From positions 262,111 to 326,110 of the forward strand of contig JBAZZB010000001.1 of the NCBI GenBank assembly GCA_041659045.1: a DNA stretch of 64,000 bases. Direction: 5' to 3'. Below the pieces are notes generated by a model, which saw only the letters and a list, made by a program, of their open reading frames with translations, was not told the origin of the DNA and ran no database searches. How positions within the stretch are numbered: the stretch's first letter is position 1; the number at the start of each line of letters is the position of its first letter. Both the position numbers and the translations under genes were made by a program. This stretch comes from Patescibacteria group bacterium (GTDB lineage Bacteria; Patescibacteriota; Patescibacteriia; SG8-24; DYFX01). This document shows positions 7,760 to 17,089 of this stretch, piece after piece.

Positions 7760-9625
7760 ATGACAACCAACGAAATCCGCGCAAAATTTTTGGAATTTTT
7801 TAAAGAGAAGGGTCACGCCGTGATCCCGTCGGCTTCTTTGATACCCGAAAATGATCCGACGGTGCTTTTTACGACCGCTGGCATGCACCCGCTCGTGCCG
7901 TACCTTTTGGGGGAGAAACACCCGGCCGGCACGCGCCTCGTCGATGTGCAGAAGTGCGTTCGCACCGGTGATATCGACGAAGTCGGCGACAACCGCCACC
8001 TCACCTTTTTCGAGATGCTCGGCAACTGGTCGCTCGGCGATTATTTCAAGCGCGAGTCGATCACGTGGTCGTTTGAATTCCTCACCTCGCCACGCTGGCT
8101 GAATCTCGATCCGGGACGCATCTACGTCACGGTCTTCGAAGGCGACGCCGACGCGCCGCGCGATTTGGAATCCGTTTCCATGTGGCAAGACGCCTATCAG
8201 TCGCGTGGTATCGAAGCGCGTTTTAACGAGCGCATCTTCGCGTATCCGAAAGATAAAAACTGGTGGGGTCCCGCCGGCATGACGGGTCCGTGCGGTCCCG
8301 ACACCGAAATTTTTTGGGACACCGGGCGCACACATGACATGCGTTACGGTATTGAGTGTCATCCGAACTGCGACTGCGGACGCTTCATTGAGATCTGGAA
8401 CAACGTCTTCATGGAGTACAACAAGACTCCCGGAGCCACGTTCGAGCCGCTCGCACAGAAGAACGTCGACACCGGTATGGGTCTCGAACGTGTTGTCGCC
8501 GTGCTTCAGGGCAAGTCGACCGTTTTCGAAACCGAAAATTTTGGAACACTGCTTGCAACGGTTGGTAGCATCAGCGGCAAGAAGTATGGCGAGAGCGAGG
8601 AGCACGATCGCGTCATGCGTATCGTCGTCGATCATGTGCGTACCGCTGCGTTCATGATCGGTGACCCGCGCGGCATCACGCCGTCGAACGTCGATCAGGG
8701 CTATATTCTTCGTCGCCTGATTCGCCGTGCCGTTCGCTATGGACGTCAGCTCGGTATTGATGGTTTCTTCACGTCAAAAATCGCTGAAAAAGTCATTGAG
8801 CTGTTCCGTGACGCCTACCCGGAACTCGAAAAGAACCGCGACCGCATCATCGGCGAACTCGACGCCGAAGAAGACAAGTTCATGCGCACGCTGCAAAACG
8901 GCCTGCGCGAAGTCGAGAAAGTCAAAGCGCAATTCGAATCTTCGCCATTCATTCCAGGCGAGACAGCCTTCTATTTGTACGAATCGTTCGGCTTCCCTAA
9001 GGAACTTACGGAAGAAACGATCGGCAAGAAAGTCGACGAATCGGAATGGGAAAAAGCGATGAAGGCGCATCAGGATTTGTCGCGCCAAGGTGCCGAGAAA
9101 AAATTCAAAGGCGGCCTCGCCGACCATTCGTGGGAAACGACGCGTCTTCACACGGCCACGCACTTGCTGCACAAGGCACTGCGTATGGTGCTTGGCGAAC
9201 ACGTCGAACAAAAAGGTTCCAATATCACTGCCGAACGCTTGCGTTTCGATTTCTCGCATCCGACGAAAATGACGCCGGAGGAAATCAAGAAGACGGAAGA
9301 CTTGGTGAACGAAGCCATCGCGCGCGACTTGCCCGTGCACTTCCAAGAAATGACGGTTGACGAAGCGAAGAGCGGGGGAGCCATCGGTCTCTTCGAAGAT
9401 CGCTACGGCGACAAGGTGAAAGTGTACGTCGTTGGTGATTATTCAAAAGAAATCTGCGGCGGCCCGCACGTGCGCCATACGGCACAGGTCGGACGCTTCA
9501 AGATTCAGAAAGAAGAAGCGTCCTCTTCAGGCATTCGCCGTATCAAGGCTGTTGTCGAAGCAATTCTGCCCGACGGTTCCTCACCGACCGCTGCCGAAAC
9601 CGAACCGGCCGGAGCCAAAGAATAA
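7760..9625 (+). CDS. alaS: alanine--tRNA ligase, short form (catalytic + tRNA-binding + editing domains, no C-Ala domain)
   Basis: class II AlaRS N-terminal motifs (FTTAGMHPL, editing HxxxH...CGGPH); 621 aa vs about 870 typical. Confidence 0.9.
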   Translation: MTTNEIRAKFLEFFKEKGHAVIPSASLIPENDPTVLFTTAGMHPLVPYLLGEKHPAGTRLVDVQKCVRTGDIDEVGDNRHLTFFEMLGNWSLGDYFKRESITWSFEFLTSPRWLNLDPGRIYVTVFEGDADAPRDLESVSMWQDAYQSRGIEARFNERIFAYPKDKNWWGPAGMTGPCGPDTEIFWDTGRTHDMRYGIECHPNCDCGRFIEIWNNVFMEYNKTPGATFEPLAQKNVDTGMGLERVVAVLQGKSTVFETENFGTLLATVGSISGKKYGESEEHDRVMRIVVDHVRTAAFMIGDPRGITPSNVDQGYILRRLIRRAVRYGRQLGIDGFFTSKIAEKVIELFRDAYPELEKNRDRIIGELDAEEDKFMRTLQNGLREVEKVKAQFESSPFIPGETAFYLYESFGFPKELTEETIGKKVDESEWEKAMKAHQDLSRQGAEKKFKGGLADHSWETTRLHTATHLLHKALRMVLGEHVEQKGSNITAERLRFDFSHPTKMTPEEIKKTEDLVNEAIARDLPVHFQEMTVDEAKSGGAIGLFEDRYGDKVKVYVVGDYSKEICGGPHVRHTAQVGRFKIQKEEASSSGIRRIKAVVEAILPDGSSPTAAETEPAGAKE

Positions 9626-9626
9626 T

Positions 9627-10643
9627 ATGAAGACCTATCTCGTCACTGGCGCCGCCGGTTTTATCGGCTTCCATGTCGCCAAACGCCTGCTTGATCGCGG
9701 TGATGCCGTGATCGGCGTCGACAATCTCAATGACTACTACGACGTTTCTCTGAAGGAAGCGCGTTTGGCGCAACTTACTTCGTATCCGAATTTCCGTTTC
9801 GCGAAGCTCAACATCGCCGACCGCGCTGGCATGAAAGCGTTATTTGAAAACGAAGCGTTCGAGACCGTCATCCATTTGGCGGCGCAAGCGGGCGTGCGTT
9901 ATTCGCTTATCAACCCCGAAGCGTACATCGACTCCAACCTGGTCGGTTTCGGCCATATTCTCGAAGGTTGCCGCCAGAAGAAAGTTGCGCATCTCGTGTA
10001 CGCCTCTTCCAGTTCCGTGTACGGCGCCAACACCGTCACGCCGTTCTCCGTGCAGCACGGCGTCGACCATCCGGTGAGCCTCTACGCGGCGACGAAAAAA
10101 TCCAACGAGCTCATGGCACACTCCTACAGCCATCTCTACGCGCTGCCGACCACCGGTTTGCGCTTCTTCACGGTCTACGGACCATGGAGCCGTCCGGACA
10201 TGGCGATGTACAGCTTCACCAAAGCAATCCTGGAAGGAAAACCGATCGACGTATTCAATCACGGCAAAATGGAGCGCGACTTCACCTACATCGACGATAT
10301 TGTCGAAGGCGTCGTCCGGGCTGCCGAGCGCATCCCGGCTGCCAGCGAACTTGTGGAAAAGGATCGTCACCCCGGTATCAGCCACGCGCCGTATCGCGTC
10401 TACAACATCGGCAACAATCAACCGGTCGAGCTCGGTCGCTTCATCGAGCTGCTCGAGGAGAAACTTGGCGTCAAGGCCGAGAAGCGCTACCTGCCCATGC
10501 AGGCAGGGGACGTTTTGGCGACCTATGCTGATGTGGACGACTTGATGCGCGACGTGGATTTCCGCCCTTCCACGCCGCTTGAGGAAGGCATCGAAAAATT
10601 CGTTGAATGGTACCTTGCGTACCATAAACCGCCGACCTCCTAA
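9627..10643 (+). CDS. NAD-dependent epimerase/dehydratase (UDP-glucuronate 4-epimerase-like)
   Basis: GAAGFIGFH Rossmann motif, YAATKKSNE catalytic YxxxK; start at ATG 2 nt after alaS stop (ORF-track upstream extension rejected). Confidence 0.85.
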   Translation: MKTYLVTGAAGFIGFHVAKRLLDRGDAVIGVDNLNDYYDVSLKEARLAQLTSYPNFRFAKLNIADRAGMKALFENEAFETVIHLAAQAGVRYSLINPEAYIDSNLVGFGHILEGCRQKKVAHLVYASSSSVYGANTVTPFSVQHGVDHPVSLYAATKKSNELMAHSYSHLYALPTTGLRFFTVYGPWSRPDMAMYSFTKAILEGKPIDVFNHGKMERDFTYIDDIVEGVVRAAERIPAASELVEKDRHPGISHAPYRVYNIGNNQPVELGRFIELLEEKLGVKAEKRYLPMQAGDVLATYADVDDLMRDVDFRPSTPLEEGIEKFVEWYLAYHKPPTS

Positions 10644-10708
10644 AAAACGCTGAAATCAGCGAAAAAAAGAAGGCTAAAACGCTTTTTTGGCTGAAACTCG
10701 CCCTCCTC

Positions 10709-10737
10709 TTGACGTGGATAAGCTCTTTTGTTAGACT
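10709..10737 (+). promoter_or_regulatory. putative promoter of infA-rpmJ-rpsM-rpsK-rpsD-rpoA-rplQ operon
   Basis: TTGACG-N17-TAGACT about 120 nt upstream of infA. Confidence 0.45.
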
Positions 10738-10855
10738 TTCCGCAAGCAAAGTCCCCACCTGGCGACTTGCGTCCTTTTTTGGTTCGGATTAGACTATCCG
10801 ACACTTCACTAATTCTTGCCCAGTCGTTCGCGAACGATAGGGCTTGGCGAGCAGA

Positions 10856-11092
10856 ATGCAGAATAACGGAACAGGGGGAGTGGGGAAGGATTTCATCGAA
10901 GCCGCTGGCGTCGTTGAAGAACTTCTTCCAGCGACGACCTTCAAGGTCAAACTCGAAAGCGGGCACAGTATCCTGGCTCATCTTTCGGGGAAAATGCGTA
11001 TGAACCGTATCCGGCTCCTGCCGGGCGATCGCGTCAAAATCGAAATGACGCCATACGACTTGACCAAAGGCCGCATCGTCTACCGTTTCTGA
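10856..11092 (+). CDS. infA: translation initiation factor IF-1
   Basis: S1-like IF-1 sequence ([40 protein letters not shown]); in-frame ATG 12 nt upstream (10844) is an alternative start. Confidence 0.85.
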   Translation: MQNNGTGGVGKDFIEAAGVVEELLPATTFKVKLESGHSILAHLSGKMRMNRIRLLPGDRVKIEMTPYDLTKGRIVYRF

Positions 11093-11128
11093 ACTCACCC
11101 GCTCACGAACTGCCGTAAAAAGAAATCC

Positions 11129-11245
11129 ATGAAAGTTCGCTCGTCCGTCAAAAAAATCTGCCGCGATTGTACCGTGATCCGCCGAAAGCGCCGCGTGTGC
11201 ATCATCTGCAAGAAGAATCCTAAGCATAAGCAGCGCCAGGGCTAA
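11129..11245 (+). CDS. rpmJ: 50S ribosomal protein L36 (38 aa; below ORF-track size cutoff)
   Basis: [38 protein letters not shown], classic zinc-ribbon L36. Confidence 0.85.
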   Translation: MKVRSSVKKICRDCTVIRRKRRVCIICKKNPKHKQRQG

Positions 11246-11256
11246 TTTATACACTT

Positions 11257-11646
11257 ATGGCACGTATCGCAGGCGTTACGCTCCCGAGCAACAAGCGCGT
11301 CATCATCGCCCTGACCTACATCTACGGCGTCGGTGACACTCAAGCGAAGGAGATCATCAAAAAGACCGGCGTGAATCCCGACACTCGCGTCAAGGATCTC
11401 GCGGAAACGGAAGCCAACAAGCTTCGCGACCACATCGAAAAAACGATGAAAGTCGAAGGCGAGCTCCGCCGCGATACGCTGGCTCAGATCAAGCGTTTGA
11501 AGGAGATCGGTTCTTACCGCGGCTCCCGCCACACGAAGAACCTCCCGCTCCGCGGACAGCGCACGAAAACGAACTCGCGCACCACGCGCGGTAACACCCG
11601 CAAGACGATGGGCTCCGGCCGCATCAAAGCGGGCATGAAGACCTAA
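11257..11646 (+). CDS. rpsM: 30S ribosomal protein S13
   Basis: [10 protein letters not shown]...[15 protein letters not shown]. Confidence 0.95.
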   Translation: MARIAGVTLPSNKRVIIALTYIYGVGDTQAKEIIKKTGVNPDTRVKDLAETEANKLRDHIEKTMKVEGELRRDTLAQIKRLKEIGSYRGSRHTKNLPLRGQRTKTNSRTTRGNTRKTMGSGRIKAGMKT

Positions 11647-11667
11647 ATAAAAAGGACGTAAACCTTT

Positions 11668-12123
11668 ATGGAAGAAACCATGAACGCCGTCGCCACGGCC
11701 CCGGCCGAAGCGACGACAGAAGAAGGGAAGAAGTCCAAAGCGGCACCGCGCAAGAAAACGAAGAAAGCGGTCCGTCAGGTCTCCCATGGTCGCTGCTACG
11801 TGCAGGCGACTTACAACAACACGATCGTCACCTTGACCGACGCGAACGGCAATGTTCTCGCTTGGTCCTCGGCCGGTAAGGTCGGGTTCAGCGGTCCGAA
11901 GAAATCCACCCCGTACGCCGCATCCATGATCATCAAGGATGTCACGGAAAAGGTGAAAGACACCGGACTCAAGGACGTCAACGTTTTCGTCAAAGGCATC
12001 GGCTCCGGTCGCGAATCCGCGGTCCGCGCGTTGAACGCCAACGGCATCAACGTGTTGTCGATCAAAGACATCACTCCGATTCCTCATAACGGATGCCGGC
12101 CGCCGAAGCCGCGCCGCGTGTAA
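11668..12123 (+). CDS. rpsK: 30S ribosomal protein S11
   Basis: GRCYVQATYNNTIVTLTD...FVKGIGSGRESA. Confidence 0.95.
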   Translation: MEETMNAVATAPAEATTEEGKKSKAAPRKKTKKAVRQVSHGRCYVQATYNNTIVTLTDANGNVLAWSSAGKVGFSGPKKSTPYAASMIIKDVTEKVKDTGLKDVNVFVKGIGSGRESAVRALNANGINVLSIKDITPIPHNGCRPPKPRRV

Positions 12124-12126
12124 CCT

Positions 12127-12756
12127 ATGGGACGCAATACCGAACCCAAATGCAAACAGTGCCGGCGCGAAGGCGAGAAACTCTACCTTAAGGGTGAGAA
12201 GTGTCTCGGTCCGAAGTGCCCGGTCACCCGCCGCGCGTTCCCTCCGGGCCAGCACGGCCCGACTTCCCGCGCCAAAGTTACGCCGTACGGCGTGCAGTTG
12301 CGCCAGAAGCAGAAGGCCAAGCGCATCTACGGCCTCATGGAAAAGCAGTTCTCGAACTACTTCGCGAAAGCCGCCAGCCGCCCCGGCGACACCGGCGTCT
12401 TCCTGAAACAGTTCCTGGAAATGCGTTTCGACAACATCGTTTTCCGCCTCGGTTTCGCCAAGAGCCGCGCCCAAGCCCGCCAGTTGGTCGGCCACGGCCT
12501 GCTCACGGTCAACGGCAAGTCGGTCGACATTCCGTCGTACCAGCTCCGCGCCGGCGACATCGTCTCCATCAAGGAAAACAAGATCAACAAGGGCGCGTTC
12601 AAAGAAATCAAAGATCGCCTTTCCAAGCACCAGGCACCGGGCTGGCTCACGATCGAAGCAGCCAACGCCACGGGCAAGGTCATCAACCGTCCGACGGCCG
12701 AAGAGCTCGAACAGAGCTTCGACGCCAAGCTGATCGTCGAATTCTACTCTCGCTAA
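12127..12756 (+). CDS. rpsD: 30S ribosomal protein S4
   Basis: N-terminal zinc-ribbon CKQCRREGEKLYLKGEKC, S4 domain. Confidence 0.95.
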   Translation: MGRNTEPKCKQCRREGEKLYLKGEKCLGPKCPVTRRAFPPGQHGPTSRAKVTPYGVQLRQKQKAKRIYGLMEKQFSNYFAKAASRPGDTGVFLKQFLEMRFDNIVFRLGFAKSRAQARQLVGHGLLTVNGKSVDIPSYQLRAGDIVSIKENKINKGAFKEIKDRLSKHQAPGWLTIEAANATGKVINRPTAEELEQSFDAKLIVEFYSR

Positions 12757-12829
12757 TCCTTGGCCCGTCCCGTCGCCGCGCGGCGATTGCTGATCTGTCG
12801 CGCCGCGTGCCGCTGGACTCCAAACAACT

Positions 12830-13642
12830 ATGGAAGACATCCTTCTTCCGTCGAAGATCGAAATTGCTCCGAGCGAGCGCGACAACGAGTCGGTGCTCGT
12901 GATGGAACCGTTCTTCCACGGCTACGGCCACACGGTCGGCAACGCTCTTCGCCGGGTGCTGCTCTCGTCCCTTCAGGGCGCCGCAGTCATTGCCGTGAAG
13001 ATCAAAGGCGCTTCGCATGAATTCCAGGCCGTCCCGAACGTCAAGGAAGACGTTCTCGAGATCATCCTGAACCTCAAGCAGCTTCGCCTCAAAGTGTTCT
13101 CTGATGAGCCGGTCAAGTTGACGCTTCACGCCAAGGGCGACAAGAAGGTCACGGGCAAGGACATCCTGCCGAACTCCGACGTCGAGGTTGCCAACCCGAA
13201 CCTCCACATCGCGACGATCACGGAAAAAACTGGCGAGCTCGAAATGGAGATTACTGTGGCCAAGGGCCGCGGCTATGTCCCGACCGAAGAGCGAGGCAAG
13301 GAGAAAGCGGAACTCGGCACGATTGCCGTCGACGCGCTCTATAGCCCGATCCGCTCGGTTGGTTACAAAGTGGACGACGTTCGCGTCGGACAAGTCACCA
13401 ACTACGACCGCTTGACCCTCACGATCGAAACCGACGGCACTGTGGACGCCGACGAGGCCATCCGCTCTTCCGCCAAAATCTTGATCGATCACTTCGCTCT
13501 CCTGACTGGCGTCAACGCCGGTGAAGCTCCGGCCAAGGCCGAAGCTGAAGAAGAGTCCGAAGACACCGAAGAAGAATCTGAAGAACCCTCCGCTGACGGA
13601 GAAGAGAAGCCTAAGAAAAAGAAGGCTTCCAAAAAGAAATAA
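12830..13642 (+). CDS. rpoA: DNA-directed RNA polymerase subunit alpha, N-terminal domain plus acidic/basic low-complexity tail, no alpha-CTD
   Basis: alpha-NTD motifs (GYGHTVGNALRRVLLSSL); 270 aa ending EEESEDTEEESEEPSADGEEKPKKKKASKKK instead of a helix-hairpin-helix CTD. Confidence 0.9.
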   Translation: MEDILLPSKIEIAPSERDNESVLVMEPFFHGYGHTVGNALRRVLLSSLQGAAVIAVKIKGASHEFQAVPNVKEDVLEIILNLKQLRLKVFSDEPVKLTLHAKGDKKVTGKDILPNSDVEVANPNLHIATITEKTGELEMEITVAKGRGYVPTEERGKEKAELGTIAVDALYSPIRSVGYKVDDVRVGQVTNYDRLTLTIETDGTVDADEAIRSSAKILIDHFALLTGVNAGEAPAKAEAEEESEDTEEESEEPSADGEEKPKKKKASKKK

Positions 13643-13644
13643 GT

Positions 13645-13995
13645 ATGCGCCACCGAGTTAAAGGAGCCATCTTGAGCCGAACGAAAGGGCCGCGCACCGC
13701 GCTGCTCCGCAATTTGGCGACCTCTGTCGTCTTGTACGAAAAGGTCAGGACCACCAAGGCAAAGGCGAAATTCGTCCGCCCGTTGGTCGAGAAGGCGATC
13801 ACGATCGGCCGCGCCGGAACGCTTGCGTCCCGCCGCCAGCTGCATACGATGTTCACTCTCGAAAACGCGATCAAAAAGATCGTCGAAGAGCTCGCCCCGA
13901 AATACAAGGGTCGCGCCGGCGGTTATACACGCATTATCCCGCTCAAGCGCCGCGAAGGCGACGCTGCCGAGATGGTGCAGATCGAATTGGTGTAA
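13645..13995 (+). CDS. rplQ: 50S ribosomal protein L17
   Basis: MRHRVKGAILSRTKGPR... Confidence 0.95.
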   Translation: MRHRVKGAILSRTKGPRTALLRNLATSVVLYEKVRTTKAKAKFVRPLVEKAITIGRAGTLASRRQLHTMFTLENAIKKIVEELAPKYKGRAGGYTRIIPLKRREGDAAEMVQIELV

Positions 13996-13999
13996 ACCT

Positions 14000-14365
14000 A
14001 TGCCGAGCACTACCATTACCTCCAAAACTGTTGAACTCGACGCCGCCGGACAGTCCGTCGGACGCCTCGCAACCCAGATCGCACGTATTCTGATCGGCAA
14101 GCACAAAGCGACCTACACGCCGAACATCGACTCCGCCTATACGGTGCGCGTCAAGAACGCGAGCAAACTGGTGCTTACGGGCAACAAGACCGAGTCGAAG
14201 CTCTACTACCACTACTCGCAGTATCCGGGCGGCATGAAGACGCGCGCAGCCAAAGACCTCATGGTCAAGGATCCGGGTAAGGTCCTCCGCTACGCAGTTG
14301 ACCGCATGCTTCCGAAGAACACGCTGCGCGCTCGTCGCATCAAGCGCCTCACGATCACCAAATAA
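14000..14365 (+). CDS. rplM: 50S ribosomal protein L13
   Basis: start ATG 4 nt after rplQ stop; GRLATQIARILIGKHKATYTPNIDSAYTV. Confidence 0.9.
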   Translation: MPSTTITSKTVELDAAGQSVGRLATQIARILIGKHKATYTPNIDSAYTVRVKNASKLVLTGNKTESKLYYHYSQYPGGMKTRAAKDLMVKDPGKVLRYAVDRMLPKNTLRARRIKRLTITK

Positions 14366-14370
14366 GCGCT

Positions 14371-14856
14371 ATGACGACGAAGAAAGAAACGACAAAAAAA
14401 GCCGTCACCAAGAAAGTCGCAAAGGCTGACGCGCCCAAGAAGCACCACACGAGCCATGAAGCTACGGGTAAGTATGTGTATGCCCTCGGTCGCCGCAAGC
14501 GCGGTGTCGCCATGGTGCGCATCTATCTGGGCGGCAAAGGCGTGATCACGGTGAACTCCAAGCCGATGAAGGAATACTTCCCGGTCGCGGACCTTCAGGA
14601 CGCTGTCCTGGTGCCTCTCAAGGCTGTCGGTATGGACGCCACGACTGATATCGTCGCTTCCACCCACGGTGGAGGCATCCGCGGCCAGGCCGACGCCGTC
14701 AAACTCGGCATCGCCCGCGCCCTCTTGGTCCACAACCCCGATTTCCGCGCCACCCTGAAACCCCTCGGCGTCCTCACCCGCGACCCCCGCGAAAAGGAAC
14801 GCAAGAAGTACGGTCTCAAAAAGGCTCGCAAGAGCCCGCAGTGGGCAAAGCGCTGA
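14371..14856 (+). CDS. rpsI: 30S ribosomal protein S9
   Basis: GRRKRGVAMVRI...THGGGIRGQADAVKLGIARAL...KKARKSPQWAKR. Confidence 0.95.
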   Translation: MTTKKETTKKAVTKKVAKADAPKKHHTSHEATGKYVYALGRRKRGVAMVRIYLGGKGVITVNSKPMKEYFPVADLQDAVLVPLKAVGMDATTDIVASTHGGGIRGQADAVKLGIARALLVHNPDFRATLKPLGVLTRDPREKERKKYGLKKARKSPQWAKR

Positions 14857-14873
14857 TTTCAAATCATCGCAAC

Positions 14874-14905
14874 GAAACTCCGCCGAAAGGCGGAGTTTTG
14901 ATTTT
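14874..14905 (+). terminator. intrinsic terminator of rplM-rpsI
   Basis: aactccgcc-gaaa-ggcggagtt followed by TTGATTTT. Confidence 0.8.
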
Positions 14906-14973
14906 AAGAAAACAAAGAGCGCACCCGGGAAGGCATGAGCGAGTATGCTCTTTGCCGCGCGGGTGCGCGAGTT
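14906..14973 (-). repeat. 65-nt conserved structured element, copy 2 (immediately 3' of the 134-aa minus-strand ORF, overlapping its stop)
   Basis: near-identical to 6199..6263; substitutions fall in predicted loops; minus-strand U-tract GCUCUUUGUUUUCUU. Confidence 0.6.
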
Positions 14974-15376
14974 ACTGTTGCTTGCGTCGGGAGATGGCCT
15001 GCTCGATGCGGGCCTTCTCTTCGCCGAGGAGCTGCAGGTCGTACTGATTGAGACTGGCGAGCCACTGCTCGATGCTGTTGTGACGGTCTTGCCAGCAAGC
15101 GGCGAACTGGTCGAGGTCCTCGTCCAGAGCGTAGCGCCGATAGAAATCGCCGACACCCACGAAGCGATGCTCCTGACCGGTCAGGCACTCGATGTGGCCG
15201 GCGTGACAGGCCTTCGCCGCTCCATGGCGCAACTCCGCGATGGTCATGTAGTGAACTTCGTTCTCCGGTCGTTCCCGGTAGTTCAGCTCGATCTCCTCTC
15301 CTCCCCATGGGCGCACGATGCGCCGGATCACCAGCTTGCCAGGTTCTGGAACCCACTTGTCTACGTGCTGCGTCAT
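14972..15376 (-). CDS. hypothetical protein (134 aa)
   Basis: AGGAGA SD; no recognisable domain; CHAGHIEC possible metal site. Confidence 0.6.
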   Translation of the reverse strand: MTQHVDKWVPEPGKLVIRRIVRPWGGEEIELNYRERPENEVHYMTIAELRHGAAKACHAGHIECLTGQEHRFVGVGDFYRRYALDEDLDQFAACWQDRHNSIEQWLASLNQYDLQLLGEEKARIEQAISRRKQQ

Positions 15377-15396
15377 TGAAACTCTCCTGACGATGT

Positions 15397-15729
15397 TTAG
15401 ACGAGAATCGGCTCTTCGAAGTTGTAGAAGCGGTGCTCCTTGAGCAGGTTGGTGGCGACATCGTCAGCCAGATTGTGGTTGATCACCATCTGGACTGCCA
15501 TCGTACGCGCGACCCGCGTGCCGCCGAGGATCACGATCTCGGGTTCGCTGTGTGGCTCGATCTCGTAGTCGAACGGCACCTTCGACTTGAGCTCCTCCGC
15601 CAGGGTGTTGGCGACCGCGACGGTCCGGTTGTAGTGGGGCGGAGTGATCCGTACACGGATGCGAGCCTTGCTGGTGGGCGTGCTCGCCTGGAGGATCCAA
15701 TAGGTAAACTCGGTCTGTGCTGATGACAT
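15397..15729 (-). CDS. hypothetical protein (110 aa)
   Basis: GAGGGGG SD; 20-nt spacer to downstream ORF suggests operon. Confidence 0.6.
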   Translation of the reverse strand: MSSAQTEFTYWILQASTPTSKARIRVRITPPHYNRTVAVANTLAEELKSKVPFDYEIEPHSEPEIVILGGTRVARTMAVQMVINHNLADDVATNLLKEHRFYNFEEPILV

Positions 15730-15892
15730 GGTCGATACCCCCTCGGTTCTGACGGTCTGGAACTTGGTGTTTTGACGGTTTGTGAGCTTGGGAATGAGCT
15801 ATTCTGACGTGTTACGTTAGCATACGTTAGGCGAAAAGTCAATCCTGTAACGGCCAAGCGTTAATTCAAAGCCTTGTTTAAAGAAAAAACCC

Positions 15893-16255
15893 TCACGCTC
15901 TGGGCGGGAAGGTGGTGGAGGCGTGGTGGAGGAGCGAGCCGTGCTGGGCCTGATTCAGCTTGAGTAGAGCGGCTTGCTTCCTGCCTTCGTCGGTCAGCCA
16001 GACGCGGCTTACGGTGCGCTGCGCCCAGCCTCGGACTTCGAGTCCGGTGATGTCGCTTTCGATCGCTTGGCGCAAACGAGCGCGGTAGTCGGGACCGCTT
16101 CCGAGGCGATAGACGCACCGACGCGCCATGCTGTAGCGGAACGCGATGTACGCGTCGACGAGCTTCTCGAGATCGACCTGCTGCCAGCCGGTCGCGTGCA
16201 GGTGCAGGAGTACCGTTTCGAGCATTTGTTCGGTCGTCGTGGCGATGAACTTCAT
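15893..16255 (-). CDS. hypothetical protein (120 aa)
   Basis: AGGAGG SD 5 nt before ATG. Confidence 0.6.
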   Translation of the reverse strand: MKFIATTTEQMLETVLLHLHATGWQQVDLEKLVDAYIAFRYSMARRCVYRLGSGPDYRARLRQAIESDITGLEVRGWAQRTVSRVWLTDEGRKQAALLKLNQAQHGSLLHHASTTFPPRA

Positions 16256-16368
16256 CGGTTCCTCCTGGGGGGGGTCTGGATTGAGCTTAACGGGCTGGAA
16301 GCTGCTGGGTCAAGGTTGATTTTTCCTATCGACTCTGTCACCCTAAACCCGTCCAAAGGGAGGTATAC

Positions 16369-16662
16369 ATGAGTTCCAAGATCAGATTCGATCCACCGAA
16401 ACCAGTCGTGGGCCATCCGGTCGAGCTTGTCGAGCTCAACTACGCCCGCGACAACTACATCTGGCTCATCACGGTACGCTTCACGGAGTACGATCCGCCG
16501 GTCGAGACGCAGCTGCGTTACGACGTGAGCAAGGGGATCACGATCGATCTTCCGGTCATGCCCCTGGGCGCGCGGCAGACGCTTCTCGACATCCGGGGCG
16601 AGACGCCGTGGGAGGGGAATCCGCTCTCGGAGCTCATCGACGCGTCTCTGCCTGATTCGTAA
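16369..16662 (+). CDS. hypothetical protein (97 aa)
   Basis: AAGGGAGG SD; divergent from the 120-aa ORF. Confidence 0.6.
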   Translation: MSSKIRFDPPKPVVGHPVELVELNYARDNYIWLITVRFTEYDPPVETQLRYDVSKGITIDLPVMPLGARQTLLDIRGETPWEGNPLSELIDASLPDS

Positions 16663-16705
16663 CCGCCGCTTCTCGCGTGCGGTTTTTTGTATGCGCGACG
16701 TAGGG

Positions 16706-17008
16706 TTAGTGCGGCGATAAATAGATCAGCAGTCCGATAATGGCTCCGGCGGCGACGCTGTTCATAGTGGAGGAGATCAAGATTGCGAACGTGCGGCGGT
16801 GGATAGCATAGACGACCCAGGTTAGGCTGCTCACGAGGATGATGGTGAAAGTCAGGAACGATAACCCCTGCACTTCGTGGGTCAAGAAGGCTTTGATGAC
16901 TTGCGGATATAAGGCGAAGCCGGAAAGCAGCCCGTTGGCGTAGGCAATACGATCAACGAGGTGTCGATGGTCTTCAAGTCTTCCTAAAAGTTCAGAGAGT
17001 TTTGGCAT
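16706..17008 (-). CDS. SemiSWEET/PQ-loop family small membrane transporter
   Basis: 100 aa, 3 predicted TM helices, PQ motif in TM1 (SGFALYPQVIKAF). Confidence 0.55.
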   Translation of the reverse strand: MPKLSELLGRLEDHRHLVDRIAYANGLLSGFALYPQVIKAFLTHEVQGLSFLTFTIILVSSLTWVVYAIHRRTFAILISSTMNSVAAGAIIGLLIYLSPH

Positions 17009-17089
17009 GAAGTAGTGCTTCCATCGTAGTGTATCACGTTGCTAAGTCTATTTGATTTTCCGGTCTAATTCCGGCAAAATACCCTTGAT

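Noticed and set aside
9432-9626. Upstream extension of the epimerase ORF to 403 aa, and similarly 21022..21087 for the wzy-like gene and 24448..24570 for the small Lys-rich ORF
   Set aside because: Extensions overlap the preceding genes in another frame. Conserved N-terminal motifs (GAAGFIGF Rossmann; translational-coupling ATGA) identify the internal starts.
10645-10675. Hairpin cgctga-aa-tcagcg after the epimerase gene as a terminator
   Set aside because: The stem is short and is followed by an A-run, not a U-run, on the coding strand. It could be an RNA processing or protein-binding site, but it does not meet intrinsic-terminator criteria.
11242-12885. 547-aa ORF on the minus strand opposite rpsM-rpsK-rpsD, and many other long antisense ORFs (for example 2963..3979-, 588..1214-, 1296..1898-, 5470..6390-, 52192..52902+, 52918..53919+)
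   Set aside because: These are expected stop-codon-poor frames in roughly 60% GC DNA. They lie antisense to clearly conserved genes, have no SD or promoter support, and show Arg/Ala/Pro-rich low-complexity translations.
6199-14973. The two 65-nt direct repeats might delimit an 8.7-kb mobile element
   Set aside because: The intervening DNA contains alaS and the core ribosomal protein/rpoA operon. No integrase or transposase is present. The repeats are better explained as a dispersed terminator-like RNA element.
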